A stretch of DNA of 64,000 nucleotides from Rhynchopus sp. YZ270_cl-10 (Eukaryota). The stretch is taken from positions 1,364,001 to 1,428,000 of the forward strand of contig OZ037847.1 of the NCBI GenBank assembly GCA_964035575.1, given 5' to 3'. The first letter of the stretch is position 1. Every line of letters begins with the position of its first letter. The notes beneath the pieces are model-generated. The model saw nothing but the letters and a program-made list of their open reading frames with translations, was not told the DNA's origin and did no database searches. Below are positions 1-11,036 of this stretch, one piece after another. The position numbers and the translations under genes are program-made.

Positions 1-254
1 GAGGGGGGGATTGATGAAATTCTCCATCGTTTTGCTGGTTTTAGTATCAGGAAAGTTCAGCTGTAATAGCACTTGTGCTGGGGAAGGGATCACGCGCAAA
101 TCGCAATTTTTTTTGACCACTCAGTACCAGGGATTCACCCCCCACGAACTAGCTTCTCTCCGGCGGGAAAATTTTTTTTTGACCTATTTTAAGCACTAGT
201 AAAAAAGCAAAAATTTCGGATTTTTTGGCATTTCGCCACGATCAGGAAAAAACG

Positions 255-1021
255 ATGGCGATAGCGAACGCCCTGATGGTATGTTCAAAAAAAAAAAAAA
301 TCTGTTAGTCAACTGCCACTGCCACAGGGGTTAAGAAGTATTGCACGCATCTGTTGACGCACTTATTGCGGTCTGAGAAGTTTGCTCAGAAGAAAGAGGT
401 ATATACTCATACCACCACCTACCACCTACCACTCTACCACAGAAAAGGCGTCATCTTGTCTCCACCCGGTTTGCCCTGGACGAACGCAGCCGAGAAGACG
501 TGCTTAAGACAGTGGAGCACTTTATTCCTGCTGGGTGGACGGTTGTCTGCACGCACTCCACCCTCGCGTTTGAGAGCGTTCGTGGACACCACGCTGCTCT
601 GCGGATGAGAAATGCACAGAAGAAGACAGTCAGTGAAACGGACAGCACGGACATGCGGATAGTAGAGATAGGATGGTGCGGGGACGCGCTGGCCGTTCTT
701 GTGGAGGGGTGGTGGCGGGAGGATGGGCAGCAGGCACACATTACCATTGCCATTCCTGCTGGGGGCATGCCTGGCAATTCACTGATCATCACCAACTGGT
801 TTCAGGCCTCCCAAGCCATGAAGGCGGTACGCATCTCAGGGCAGCTCACCTCCGTAATACAAAATGCACATTCTCTGCAGCTCAGTGTGTTTCGAGGGAA
901 GAAGAAACACCGTCGCCGCCAAGTCAGCCTCCGTGGTACCCGTCAGTGGAGAGGCCGTTGGCATTCCGCCACCACCAAAAAGTCTGCCATTATAAAAAAG
1001 AAACGGATCACAGACATGTGA
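255..1021 (+). CDS. 2H phosphoesterase-like protein; model join(255..278,309..398,443..1021), possible extra in-frame intron 854..880
   Basis: GT-AG introns 279-308 and 399-442 join in phase 0 to the 500..1021 ORF. Translation ...RFALDERSREDVLKTVEHFIPAGWTVVCTHSTL...AHITIAIPAGGMPGNS..NW has two HxT motifs spaced as in 2H phosphoesterases. Confidence 0.6.
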
Positions 1022-1648
1022 GAGAGAGAAGGGAGGGTCGACAAAACAAAAGGTCTTCTTGGTCCAGGGTGATCCCATCGTGCCATAAGAATTGTTTCCC
1101 CCTGAACGTAACAAGAGGAAGCGAATTTCCTCCAGGCGATACATTGTACCCTGGAAAAAAAAAAGAGGCAGGATTTTTTTTAGATTATGATGTAGGGGTC
1201 TGGGGGAGCTGTGGCAGGTTTTACTGGCTCCATCTGTCAGTGTTTAATGTGGGTATAGTGTGCTTAGCGACTGCATTTCTCTCTCATCAAGGCATAGTTG
1301 GGGAAGTACCACTCGAATACGGTTCATGCACATTTCATGCCCGGGTGCAACGGCCGTGCCGAATCAGGGTGAATCACGTCTACACCCTGCACCGCACTTC
1401 TGTCTCGTGCGCCGTGAAAACCTTGTAAGGTACTACCACCTTTTTATGGTTTTGGCCCTGTCCAGACCCGCAAAGGAGATTTTCGTGTACGAAGGGGGAC
1501 AGAATATCGACCCCCGCATTTGACAACCCCCCCATCATACCCTTTCAGAACGGGCTCTACACCCCCTTCTTCGTAGCCCCACACACCCTCCTCCTCCTCT
1601 CCCCACACACTACTCTTTTTTTTTTTTAACTGCGTTTTTTTTCCTAAA

Positions 1649-2941
1649 ATGGGGGCAAAACATGGCACCCAAAAGGGCGTTGTGTCCTCCGACAAAAAAT
1701 CGTTGTGGGAGGTGATTGCGGAGCGAGGGGGGAAGGGTGGGGTGCAGAAGAGCTATGCGGTTTTTATTGCTGAGGAGCACAAGATGCTGCGGTGCGCGCC
1801 GAAGAACGGGACACCCTACATTCCTGGCTGCCAGATCATGCAGGGGTCTGTTGTGGAGCTGTTACCTGTTGGAGGAACCGAAAAGTACGCTGCCGTTAAG
1901 ATCCACGGCATGCAAGGTTACATGAGACGCAAGCACCTCGTCCCTGTTGCTACCTACACCCAAACTGCGGCAGCACAACATCGCAGGGCGGTTCTTATGT
2001 TCTGGCTCCTCAACAAACGCCTGCAGGTCCCCCCAGCTGCGTGCGTATCTGTTATTTCCAACATCTACTGGGAGATGATTCCCTACTGGCTTCTCCCTGG
2101 GCAAGGTGAAACCTCGCAGGATATCTGCTGCAGCAAGCTGGTGTACAGCCATAAAAGGTCGACCCAGAATGTCTCATCAAACCGCCGCAAGGATTTGGCG
2201 AAGTACCTTACCGCCTGGAAGGTTTCCTTTAGTAAGAGATACGGAAGGGGGCCGCATGCATTGGATGTATGGACAGATGCCACCGTCGCCTCGATGTACG
2301 AAGAATACGAAAGCATTGAGAAGTCGAGGCAAAAGGGGCGGGATTCATTGTCGTCGGATGAACAAAAACGGAGGAGGGTGCTTTGCAGGCAGCTGAAGCA
2401 GTGGATGGGGCAGTACCAGGAGGAGCACAAAAGGATTCCGTCGAAGAAACGGCTTCTTGCGGAGCCTGAGGTGAGCGAACTCTACAAGGAATACCTCTCG
2501 TTGACAGGAAAGCCGGACCCAACCATTTCCCCAAACTACCACAACCCCTATGTCGAGAACACTGCCGCTGAGGTGCGTGACGAAACACCGCTTCCTCCAC
2601 AGACCATGTCAATGTCAAGCCACGCGCAACGCAGTCCCAGAGCAGGCTACGACGTACACGAGAGCGAGCACGCAGAGAAGTCATTGTCCTCCGTCTGTGT
2701 CTCGCCTTCCCCAGAAAGGGTGCTCTCCTCGCCTGCAGGGGATGACGAAGTTATCACCATGGGGGTAAACATCAACATCTACGACTCCGGTGACGAAGAA
2801 GGCAACGAGGAAGAGCCCAGCCCCCACAGCAACCGCCTCCTTTCATCCTCTCTCGGCTCCACCGCGGCAGCGCGGGCCTGTGTGAAAGGGTTACGTATCA
2901 AAGAGGAACGCACCGTACTGCCGAAATTCGCATCACATTAA
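1649..2941 (+). CDS. Hypothetical protein: SH3-like N-terminal segment plus two Sld2/RecQL4-N- or FAM13A-like helical repeats
   Basis: 430-aa ATG ORF preceded by a pyrimidine tract. It contains GSVVELL...YAAVKIHGMQGYMRRKHL (SH3-like) and the repeats LTAWKVSFSKRYGRGP...MYEEY and LKQWMGQYQEEHKRIPSK...LYKEY. Confidence 0.75.
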   Translation: MGAKHGTQKGVVSSDKKSLWEVIAERGGKGGVQKSYAVFIAEEHKMLRCAPKNGTPYIPGCQIMQGSVVELLPVGGTEKYAAVKIHGMQGYMRRKHLVPVATYTQTAAAQHRRAVLMFWLLNKRLQVPPAACVSVISNIYWEMIPYWLLPGQGETSQDICCSKLVYSHKRSTQNVSSNRRKDLAKYLTAWKVSFSKRYGRGPHALDVWTDATVASMYEEYESIEKSRQKGRDSLSSDEQKRRRVLCRQLKQWMGQYQEEHKRIPSKKRLLAEPEVSELYKEYLSLTGKPDPTISPNYHNPYVENTAAEVRDETPLPPQTMSMSSHAQRSPRAGYDVHESEHAEKSLSSVCVSPSPERVLSSPAGDDEVITMGVNINIYDSGDEEGNEEEPSPHSNRLLSSSLGSTAAARACVKGLRIKEERTVLPKFASH

Positions 2942-3867
2942 AAAAAATCCATAAGATGACGCGTGTGTTAACTATAAGGTGGCTGATCGTTGTCACATTA
3001 TCAAAAAAAAAGGGGGGGAGGGGAGGAGGAGAGAAAGGGGGGGAGAGTGCATTTTAAGATCCGTTTCGTATCAGTTTTGGTTTTATTGCAAAAAAAAAAA
3101 AGAACAGAAAAAAAACCAGTGACTCCGCTAGGTACTAAAGTTCTGTTGATTGTCAACAGAACTTTTTGAAAATGGGAAAAAAAAAAAGAAGGATTATATT
3201 TTGTGCAACCAAATATCAGCCTTTTTGTTTTCGGCTAGCCAACTCTGCAACCGATTCAGAAATCATGAGAGATGATTTCTGCAACCGATTCCAAAATCAT
3301 GCGATATGATTTCTGATGTTATGCAAACGTGACCATGACATTAAAATTTCTACAATTAGGAAATCATCGGTATGGTTTTCAAGGTTGTGTAAATCGCGAA
3401 CGTGACACTAAAGAATCTCTGTTCACTTGATCTCTTAACGATGCTACGACTTGACGGTAGCTCGCTTCTTGAACTCTGATTCTACTTATTGTGTCCATAC
3501 GGTTTTGCCCTAGGTGGTAGAGACTAGCCAACCCCCCCCTCTCCCCTCCCATCTCCCTCAGAGAAAAAGAAAGCCTCCCCTCTTGTTTCCCGGTTGGGCT
3601 TCCCTCGCCCCGTCCTGTTCGTCCTGTTCACGCTGGTGTCTGTTTCGTCCGTCTGTTTTGTGTTATCCGCGTGCACTCTTTTGTGTGCTGAATAAGCCCA
3701 CGAGGCTTGGGTTCATCTTTAGATAGGTACTTGTGCTTTCATCGTGCTGGCATCGTACGTGGGTCAGCGGGAGGTGTCTGCATCATTAACTTCACTTTTA
3801 GATCTTGAATTGTTTATACGTATGGCTATATACACAAGTACTCTGACCCATTCTTCTACTGCTACAA

Positions 3868-4647
3868 ATAACCACTCTTGCACTAGGTCTGCCTGAGTGA
3901 GCATCTGGTTTAGATCACTGGATGACTACTGCTACTGCTACTGCTACTGCTACTGCTACTGCTACTGCTACTGCTACTGCTACTGCTACTGCTACTGCTA
4001 CTGCTACTGCTACTGCTACTGCTACTGCTACTGCTACTGCTACTGCTACTGCTACTGCTACTGCTACTGCTACTGCTACTGCTACTGCTACTGCTACTGC
4101 TACTGCTACTGCTACTGCTACTGCTACTGCTACTGCTACATTAACCACTCTTGCACGAGGTCTGCCTGAGTGAGCATCTGGTTTAGATCACTGGATGACT
4201 ACTGCTACTGCTACTGTTACAATAACCACTCTTGCACTAGGTCTGCCTGAGTGAGCCTGGTTTAGATCACCGGATGACTACTGCTACTGCTACTGCTACA
4301 ATAACCACTCTTGCACTAGGTCTGCCTGAGTGAGCCTGGTTTAGATCACCGGATGACTACTGCTACTGCTACTGCTACAATAACCACTCTTGCACTAGGT
4401 CTGCCTGAGTGAGCCTGGTTTAGATCACCGGATGACTACTGCTACTGCTACTGCTACAATAACCACTCTTGCACTAGGTCTGCCTGAGTGAGCCTGGTTT
4501 AGATCACCGGATGACTACTGCTACTGCTACTGCTACAATAACCACTCTTGCACTAGGTCTGCCTGAGTGAGCATCTGGTTTAGATCACTGGATGACTACT
4601 GCTACTGCTACTGCTATAACTAACCACTCTTGCACTAGGTCTGCCTG
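3868..4647. repeat. Tandem array of a ~79-bp unit (7 full copies plus 1 partial) with an internal (GCTACT)n expansion
   Basis: Unit AATAACCACTCTTGCACTAGGTCTGCCTGAGTGAGC(AT)CTGGTTTAGATCACYGGATGACTACTGCTACTGCTACTGCTAC starts at about 3868, 4140, 4221, 4300, 4379, 4458, 4537 and 4620. The first unit carries the hexamer expansion at 3926-4139. Confidence 0.95.
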
Positions 4648-6602
4648 GGTTTTCAGACACTTCCTCTCTGTTCGCATGACTGTCTGGGTGTTGCAGTACT
4701 GAAGTGGTGTGCCAAGGGAGCAGTCAGGCAGCATAGTGCCACCCATGTCGCAGGTGTGGAACTCAGTGTGCTCCGGCAGCATGAGATAAGCTTTTATTGT
4801 TGTTTGTGCGTTTTCTGCCTGTGTGGACGCCTTGGGAGGTAAGACTAGCTGTGTGAATTCTCATTTTAAGGATGACTAAGCACGAGAGGCTTGGCTCTAT
4901 CTTACACTCTTTTCTCTAATCTCATACTGTGCTGTTGCAGTGGTGTGTGATAGTGTGACCTCGGTTTTTCCTCAGGTGTCTGTTTGGGAGCTCTCACTTA
5001 ATTTTTTTTTTTTTGAAGGTGTCTAGGCACGAGAGTCTGGCTTTTGCCCTTTCAATATTTTCTCTTTATCAATCAGTGCTGTTTCAGTGGTTTATAAGAT
5101 TTTGTCTTCAGGTTTTCCTCACTGTGGTCTGACTCCCTGTGTTGACTAGAGCACCCTTACCTGTGCACTGCTGCATGGCTGGTTTGGGAATCAGTCACCT
5201 CCACACAATGGTCTGTCTGTCTGTATGAAGTTGTACCTTTCGCTGAGCTTAAAGGCGACTTTGTACGTGAGGCTGGGTTTGCCTTGCAAGCCGTTCTCTA
5301 ACTCAGACTGATCTGTCTCAGTGGTTTGTGGTAGTGTGTCTTGAGTCTTTTCCCTCAGACGCTAGTACTGTTACTTACTGTTGATGCTGACCAAGCGTGA
5401 GAGTCCTGGCTCATCCGACTTACTCGTGTCTCAGTGATGTGGTGCTAGCTTCCTATCTGCTTGGTGTAAGGTAGCGTCCTTCCTCTTCTTCGTTCCCCTT
5501 CCTTTCATGCCTCATCTTGTTCGCCTCTTTCTCTCCAGTCTCTGTTACGTCTGTCGGGTCTGTGGTATATGTGTGATGTGTTATCTTGTGTCGAAGGTGG
5601 AGATGTACGGGAGGAGTGCGTTCCTCTTATGATCTGTAGTGGTACACTGCCACGGGAGGGCTTTGTATTTCACGTCACGTTTATCACAGTCATGCAGTGC
5701 TGTTGGATTGGTTTGTGGACAGCTTGTGTGTGGTGTCTGCAGACTCCTCCTCTCGGTTTTCAATGTCTGCGTGTGAGTAGAGCTCTGACCGACCCGAGAG
5801 TGTGCTGGGTGGTTTTGAGTATCAAATTAGAGTGAATCTATTCGCATGGCTGCCTGCGTGTGATAGGAACTCTGACCTGCGAGGTTGTCTTGGTTGTTTG
5901 TAACAAGGTACTCTTCCTTCTTGGAGCTGTCGGAAACACTCCTGGTGTGGAGCGCCCCCTTTTGTACAGTTTTGATTTCTCTGAGATGCATGGACGGACG
6001 TTCCTGTTATTCTGTCCCTGGCTGTCATGAGAAAACTGTTGCGCCGAGTACAATACCCCAGCAGCAACCTCAATCTATTCCACACAGTGCTGCAGTGTCT
6101 CGAAAAGTTCTCCAACAGCACATTCAATTTTGCAAGGCCCCCCTTGCGCATTCCCTGCCTGTCCATCAGGGTATACATGACTTCTATACCTACATGCCTG
6201 ATGTATGAATAGAGGCTTTGCGGGTTTGCGGGTCTCGCAACGTTGTCGGTTCAGTCTTTCTCCTCCTGCGATGTCCGGCGTTACTCTTTTTCAAGTGTGA
6301 TTGGTTTGTCGTCCCGCTCTCGCGGACCATCTTCGTACCCACGGACGTGGTGGGGTCCCTACAGCGTCGACCTTATGCGCCACCGCCCGCGACCCAGGCT
6401 GCGTGATAATGTGGGCACGGCGTCCGCCCCTGGGACCAGCAAGACTGCGTCTGCGACCGAGTGCTACTTCCCCAGCTACGACTTCATCTTCTCTGTACCT
6501 CGTGCGACGAGCACCACGACGATGCCGTAGGCGTGCACGACCTGCAGTGCCGCTGGGTTATGTCACTCCGCCGCCAGTGACTGCGTCAGCCTAGAGTGGT
6601 GT

Positions 6603-7245
6603 ATGGAACATCGACTGGCGCGTGACCAGCCACCTTGCAAGGTGGACACACGACACTCCAGGCCGTGGCTGTTTCATATCATCCTCCAGACGACCCGCCA
6701 GAGCGATCCTGACTACGGATGGAGGCAGCACGGACCTTGGCAGCGACGCGTGCTGTTCTGGCCGATGTGGTGGGTACCTCTGTGTCACAATGTCTGGACA
6801 TCGAATTACTCTGGCATGTTTAACGACACTAAGCTGAGACCGTGTACCGATGTCGTGTCTGTGTTTGGGACTGTGGTGCACCGCTTGGACTTCCGCACTT
6901 TCCGGGCCTACAACGGTGATGTGGCTGTGGTCGCTTGTGAGCCGGTGGAGGGCACTCCATGAATCTGATGCTGGGCGAGAATCCTTCTGTGCCGAATGCC
7001 TTCTGCGTGCCGAGCGGCAGGTCTGGGAAGCTGGTGGTGTGTTCAACGACGACTATCAATGTGGGCGTCGGCGGTGGTGGCTGGCTGTACGTGTGATATT
7101 GGGTGTGGCTCGACGCGTCGTACAGCTGCATGAGCTTGTGTGCGATACGCTAGACTTCAACGTTAAGTATGACACGAACCCTTGCCGCGCAGTGCTCTCC
7201 CTGACATCATGGTTCCGTCGTTCTCGTCCTTCTTCATCCCGATGA
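6603..7245 (+). pseudogene. Possible decayed reverse-transcriptase remnant of the YR element
   Basis: Broken frames; the peptide WQRRVLFWP...LDFRTF recalls the RRxIxWP...D motif I remember from VIPER/TATE-type RTs. No intact YxDD seen. Confidence 0.3.
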
Positions 7246-8048
7246 ACTCCTCACCTGCGTTGGGATATGAAAGCCAGAGATCTGCGTTGGGGATTTCATT
7301 ATCTCTGAAGCTTTCTGGATTTCTCAAATTATCGTAGCGGTTCAGATCTCGAATTCCATCTGAAAGAATTCCAGTGACGAGATCAAAACACGCACGATTC
7401 TTCCCATCGCAGTTGAGCGATTCGGTAAGCTCAAGCAAACAAACAAAAGGTTAAAGAGTTTGGCGTTACGAAAACAAAAGAAGGATTATATTTTGTGCAA
7501 CCAAATATCAGCCTTTTTGTTTTCGGCTAGCCAACTCTGCAACCGATTCAGAAATCATGAGAGATGATTTCTGCAACCGATTCCAAAATCATGCGATATG
7601 ATTTCTGATGTTATGCAAACGTGACCATGACATTAAAATTTTCTCCCACCCACCCGCTCCTGAGTAACTCTCTACGGTATCGTGGTTCACGTTTATCCTT
7701 GCAGCCCTCGTGGGGCAGTCACGCAATGACACCAAGGCCTTGTAGCTTCGGCCTGCGACACTGTCTTGGGAATGACGGACACCGTCGTTATTCCCTTAGT
7801 TGCTGGGCACACCCTCCCTGACTAGGTCGTTATGTCTGCCCTCTCTTCATCTGCCCTCCATGCACCTCACCGCTTCCTCCTGCACTTCATAGTGATCTTG
7901 TGGGTGGTCAACGCTCGTTATATACCTTGACGGCAACGCTGGTTCCATCCTCGCACCTGGCCTACACTGCTTAAGATGACCTGCGGGACGGGTGCCAGAC
8001 AGTCGGGACGGAGACCCCCGCTCGGCGCCGTAGAGGTCGTTTGCACTG

Positions 8049-8204
8049 GGCGTATTCATAGTGATGATGAACACCACGCTGTCCATCCTCGTGTACGGCT
8101 GGTCGTCAGCGCAGGTGCTGACGGTATACTCCGCAGTCTTCGCTGAGTTTGGACGCTGTGCGGGTGTTTAGCTGGACCATGTACCAACCTGCGTAAGCCC
8201 TCCT
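8049..8204 (+). pseudogene. Decayed DIRS-type RNase H remnant
   Basis: Translates GVFIVMMNTTLSILVYGWSSAQVLT...GV*LDHVPTCVSPP, resembling the DNTxxxxxLxKGxS...(Y/H)VPSxxNPAD pattern of DIRS-order RNase H. It has an in-frame stop. Confidence 0.4.
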
Positions 8205-8539
8205 TCTCCATGTGCCTACCCAAACGACACAGCCTAGCAATGGACGTCTCGTGGTGAGGCTGATCCCTGGGTGCAAGATTCTACCCGTCGCTGTAGGATT
8301 GCTGCTGCTGCTGCTGCTGCTGCTGCGGTGTTTTTCGTACTGTGTGTGTAAGAAGAGAACGTTTGCCATCCGATCAAAGGCTTGCAATATCAATCCTTCT
8401 CTCAGGACGCCTCAGTCATGCACGCCGCCTGTGCCCTGTTGCAGCGCTTCTCCACGTCTTCTCTGTCAACGTCACACAACTTTCTGGCCACAGCTTCACT
8501 TCACATTCGTCCCTACTGTAGGGTGGCGCGTTCATCTGG

Positions 8540-9200
8540 GGTGCACGGATAAGATGCCGACACCTCTTCTTCCACAGCTCGTGAATGTGTGGCAGTCGGG
8601 TTTTGCGCAGTCCACATCACTGCCGCCACAGGAGCAGGCGGTCCTTACCACGATCTACCTGGAGGTGATGCGCTACTTCGAGGCTATGTGCACTGGCTGA
8701 TCACTGATGGTCGGCTTGCACTCCTCCCCGAGATGCGTGACTGCTAGTTGCTGACCGACCACACCTACGAAGTGCAGAGGCAAGGTATCGCCAGAGGGTT
8801 TGGATAGGTATCGTCTGAGCACTGCGTTCTTGTTCTTGAGTAGCTTAGCAGTATGGCGAAGGCGCTAGGTGATGGCGGCTTAGTTGAAAAGAAGGCGCAG
8901 ATGGGCAAAGGTCTATGTTGCTGTCGCATGCGTCGTGTTTACTTGCCTTTGGTAAGGTCTCTAAGAAAACGAACCACTTTCTTTCTACATCACGTCTTGA
9001 GAGGCACGTCATTCCTACTGTGCTTGTGGTTCCGCTGATGCCGGCAGGCAAGAACCCCTTTATACAGGACCGCGACCCTGACTAAGTTTGCCATGACCGC
9101 AGTTCTTCATAGCTCCTTTATACTCCAGAGTTCAGTGGCCTTCGCTAAAACACTCCAACCGGTAGTAACCCATACGGTGCATTCCATTGTGGCTCATTCC
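8540..9200 (+). pseudogene. Possible decayed tyrosine recombinase remnant
   Basis: Fragments across frames (VWQSGFAQST, W...ALGD, FGKVSKKTNHF, THTVHSI) occur in the order expected for a YR, but are heavily frameshifted. Confidence 0.25.
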
Positions 9201-10459
9201 AATGCTTTGCGAGAAAGACCCAAAGGAGGAATACTGAGTTGTTTAGAAGGACCCGCAGACCCGAAGCTATGGGGTGTGAGCGAATCCAGTCTGCACGGAC
9301 AAGAGGGAGTGATGAGGCTTCTTCTAAGAGGTTGTCATCATAATCCCTGCGGTTAAGATCAACCGGAAAGGTAAGAGTGTCCTAATGCAGGCCGGCCAGA
9401 GGCTAGCTGTAGAGTGCTTTCTCTGGGTAGAAGGCCCCGCTCTTCAGCATTCCCCTCGGTCGCGTGGTCGCTTAAATGAGAGCTGCGTTCGCTGCTAGAA
9501 CTTCGTCGGGCTCCGTTTCTTTTCTGCTGTGCGTGACACAAGATTTTTCTTTACGGAGAGATCGAAATCCATCTCTTCACGACTCCGTGTTCCGCTATGC
9601 ACTGGCAGACGTCTTCCTGCTCCGGAGCAGTGAAGTGACCTCTGCAAGACATTCCCACGGATGCCCCCCCCCCGACTGCGCTCAAACGGATTAGGGCCGT
9701 CGAGGCATTCAATATGTCAGGATGCTAGATGCCTCGTTTCGTGGCTTACCGGCTTCGTCATTTTATACGTTCATCTGGCTGATGAGTGGAAGCCGATGTA
9801 GTACATATCAGATGTAAACCACGAAATGGATTGTAGGATTGCATGGTTGGAGTCCACCCCCCGGTACAGCCGGTCACATACCATGGTTCACTGTTCACGA
9901 GTGGTCTGTTGTATTTCAAGTCAAGTCTTATTTGAATTCCGTTTTTCGCGCCCACCCTGGGGATTTCATTATCTCTGAAGCTTTCTGGATTTCTCAAATT
10001 ATCGTAGCGGTTCAGATCTCGAATTCCATCTGAAAGAATTCCAGTGACGAGATCAAAACACGCACGATTCTTCCCATCGCAGTTGAGCGATTCGGTAAGC
10101 TCAAGCAAACAAACAAAAGGTTAAAGAGTTTGGCGTTACGAAAACAAAAAAAAAAAAAAAGTTCTGCTGAGTGGTTCAGACCCGTTCTACCTGTCAAAAA
10201 AGCTCAGGAGAAGAAAATATGGAGAGGTGAGTGCTCAAACGTCCCAAAAAAGTCAAAATCGGGCGTTGGAAAAAAAAAAAGTTGCGTACCGTGCGCCTGC
10301 GGCGCAAGCATGTACCCCACCACGTGGACCATCAACAGAACATTTTCAAAATCAGAAATCCTAGCGGAGAGCCTGAAAAAAACGAAGAAAAAAAAAGAAA
10401 ACAAAACAACGGAGTTCTCTTTTGAAGCCGTTTATATTCCTGTGTACGTCTTATCGTGT

Positions 10460-10490
<31 letters not shown>

Positions 10491-10918
10491 GAAGGTGACT
10501 AAGCGAGGCTTAGGTTCATCTTAAAAATCTTTGATTTTTCATTGAGTAGGTTTCAAGTAATCAAAAGAGGTGTGTGTGTGGGTCATTGTGTGGTTTCACA
10601 TTGTGAAAGGGCAGAGAAGTTAAATAATTGGTGGGAAGAAGTTTTCTGACAAACAAGAAGAAGGGAAGAAAAATAAAAATAAAAACACAAACCACCTTGG
10701 AACAATTCCCCCCTTTCTTTCCATCAAAATGGGGTGAAAACCTTGTAATCTGAAAAGGGGGGGGGGTGTTTTTATTATGGGTGGGTGTTTTTTATTTTGC
10801 TTTATTTTTTGCAGAGGGAGTAACCAATATTTTTTTCATGATGACTAAGCACAAGGGGTTTAGTCTTAGGTTCATCTTATAAATTTTTCTTGCACTTTCA
10901 ACTTCCCCTTTCTTTTTT

Positions 10919-11036
10919 TCAGATGTAAACCACGAAATGGATGTAGGACTGCATGGTTGGGGTGTCCACCCCCGGTGCAACCGGTCATACCAAAGGTACA
11001 CTGTTCACGAGAGGGCTTTGTATTTCAAGTCAACCT
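10919..11036 (+). repeat. Dispersed ~115-bp motif (module 3); further copies at 9808-9925 and 51617-51730, partial copies at 5641-5678 and 16788-16826
   Basis: Shared sequence GGATGTAGGAYTGCATGRTTRG...TCCACCCC..GGTRCA.CCGGTC...GGTACACTGTTCACRAGAGGGCTTTGTATTTCAAGTCAA. All copies found are on the + strand. Confidence 0.85.

Larger units (their letters stand above)
3184..10149 (+). mobile_element. Decayed tyrosine-recombinase (DIRS-order; PAT/Ngaro/VIPER/TATE-like) retroelement with split direct repeats A1...B1A2...B2
   Basis: A1 3188-3349 matches A2 7480-7641 (162 bp) and B1 7288-7479 matches B2 9958-10149 (192 bp); both pairs look identical by eye. Both outer ends abut poly-A tracts with no distinct TSD. 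The interior has RT-, RNase H- and YR-like remnants. Confidence 0.7.

Noticed and set aside
673..1428. 251-aa alternative-frame ORF
   Set aside because: It overlaps the better-supported 2H gene in another frame, runs into UTR-like sequence and has no recognisable motif.
3897..4173. ORFs encoding (YC)n, (TA)n and (VA)n
   Set aside because: Translations of a hexamer microsatellite.
3868..4647. CRISPR-like appearance of regularly spaced repeats
   Set aside because: Units are head-to-tail with no unique spacers, there are no cas genes, and the context is eukaryotic.
9770..9830. Hammerhead ribozyme core CTGATGA-GTGG...CCAC-GAAA
   Set aside because: Stem II and a possible stem III with an AUC triplet exist, but only 3 nt separate the triplet from CTGATGA, so no stem I can form. 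The related copy at 10919 lacks the CTGATGA half.
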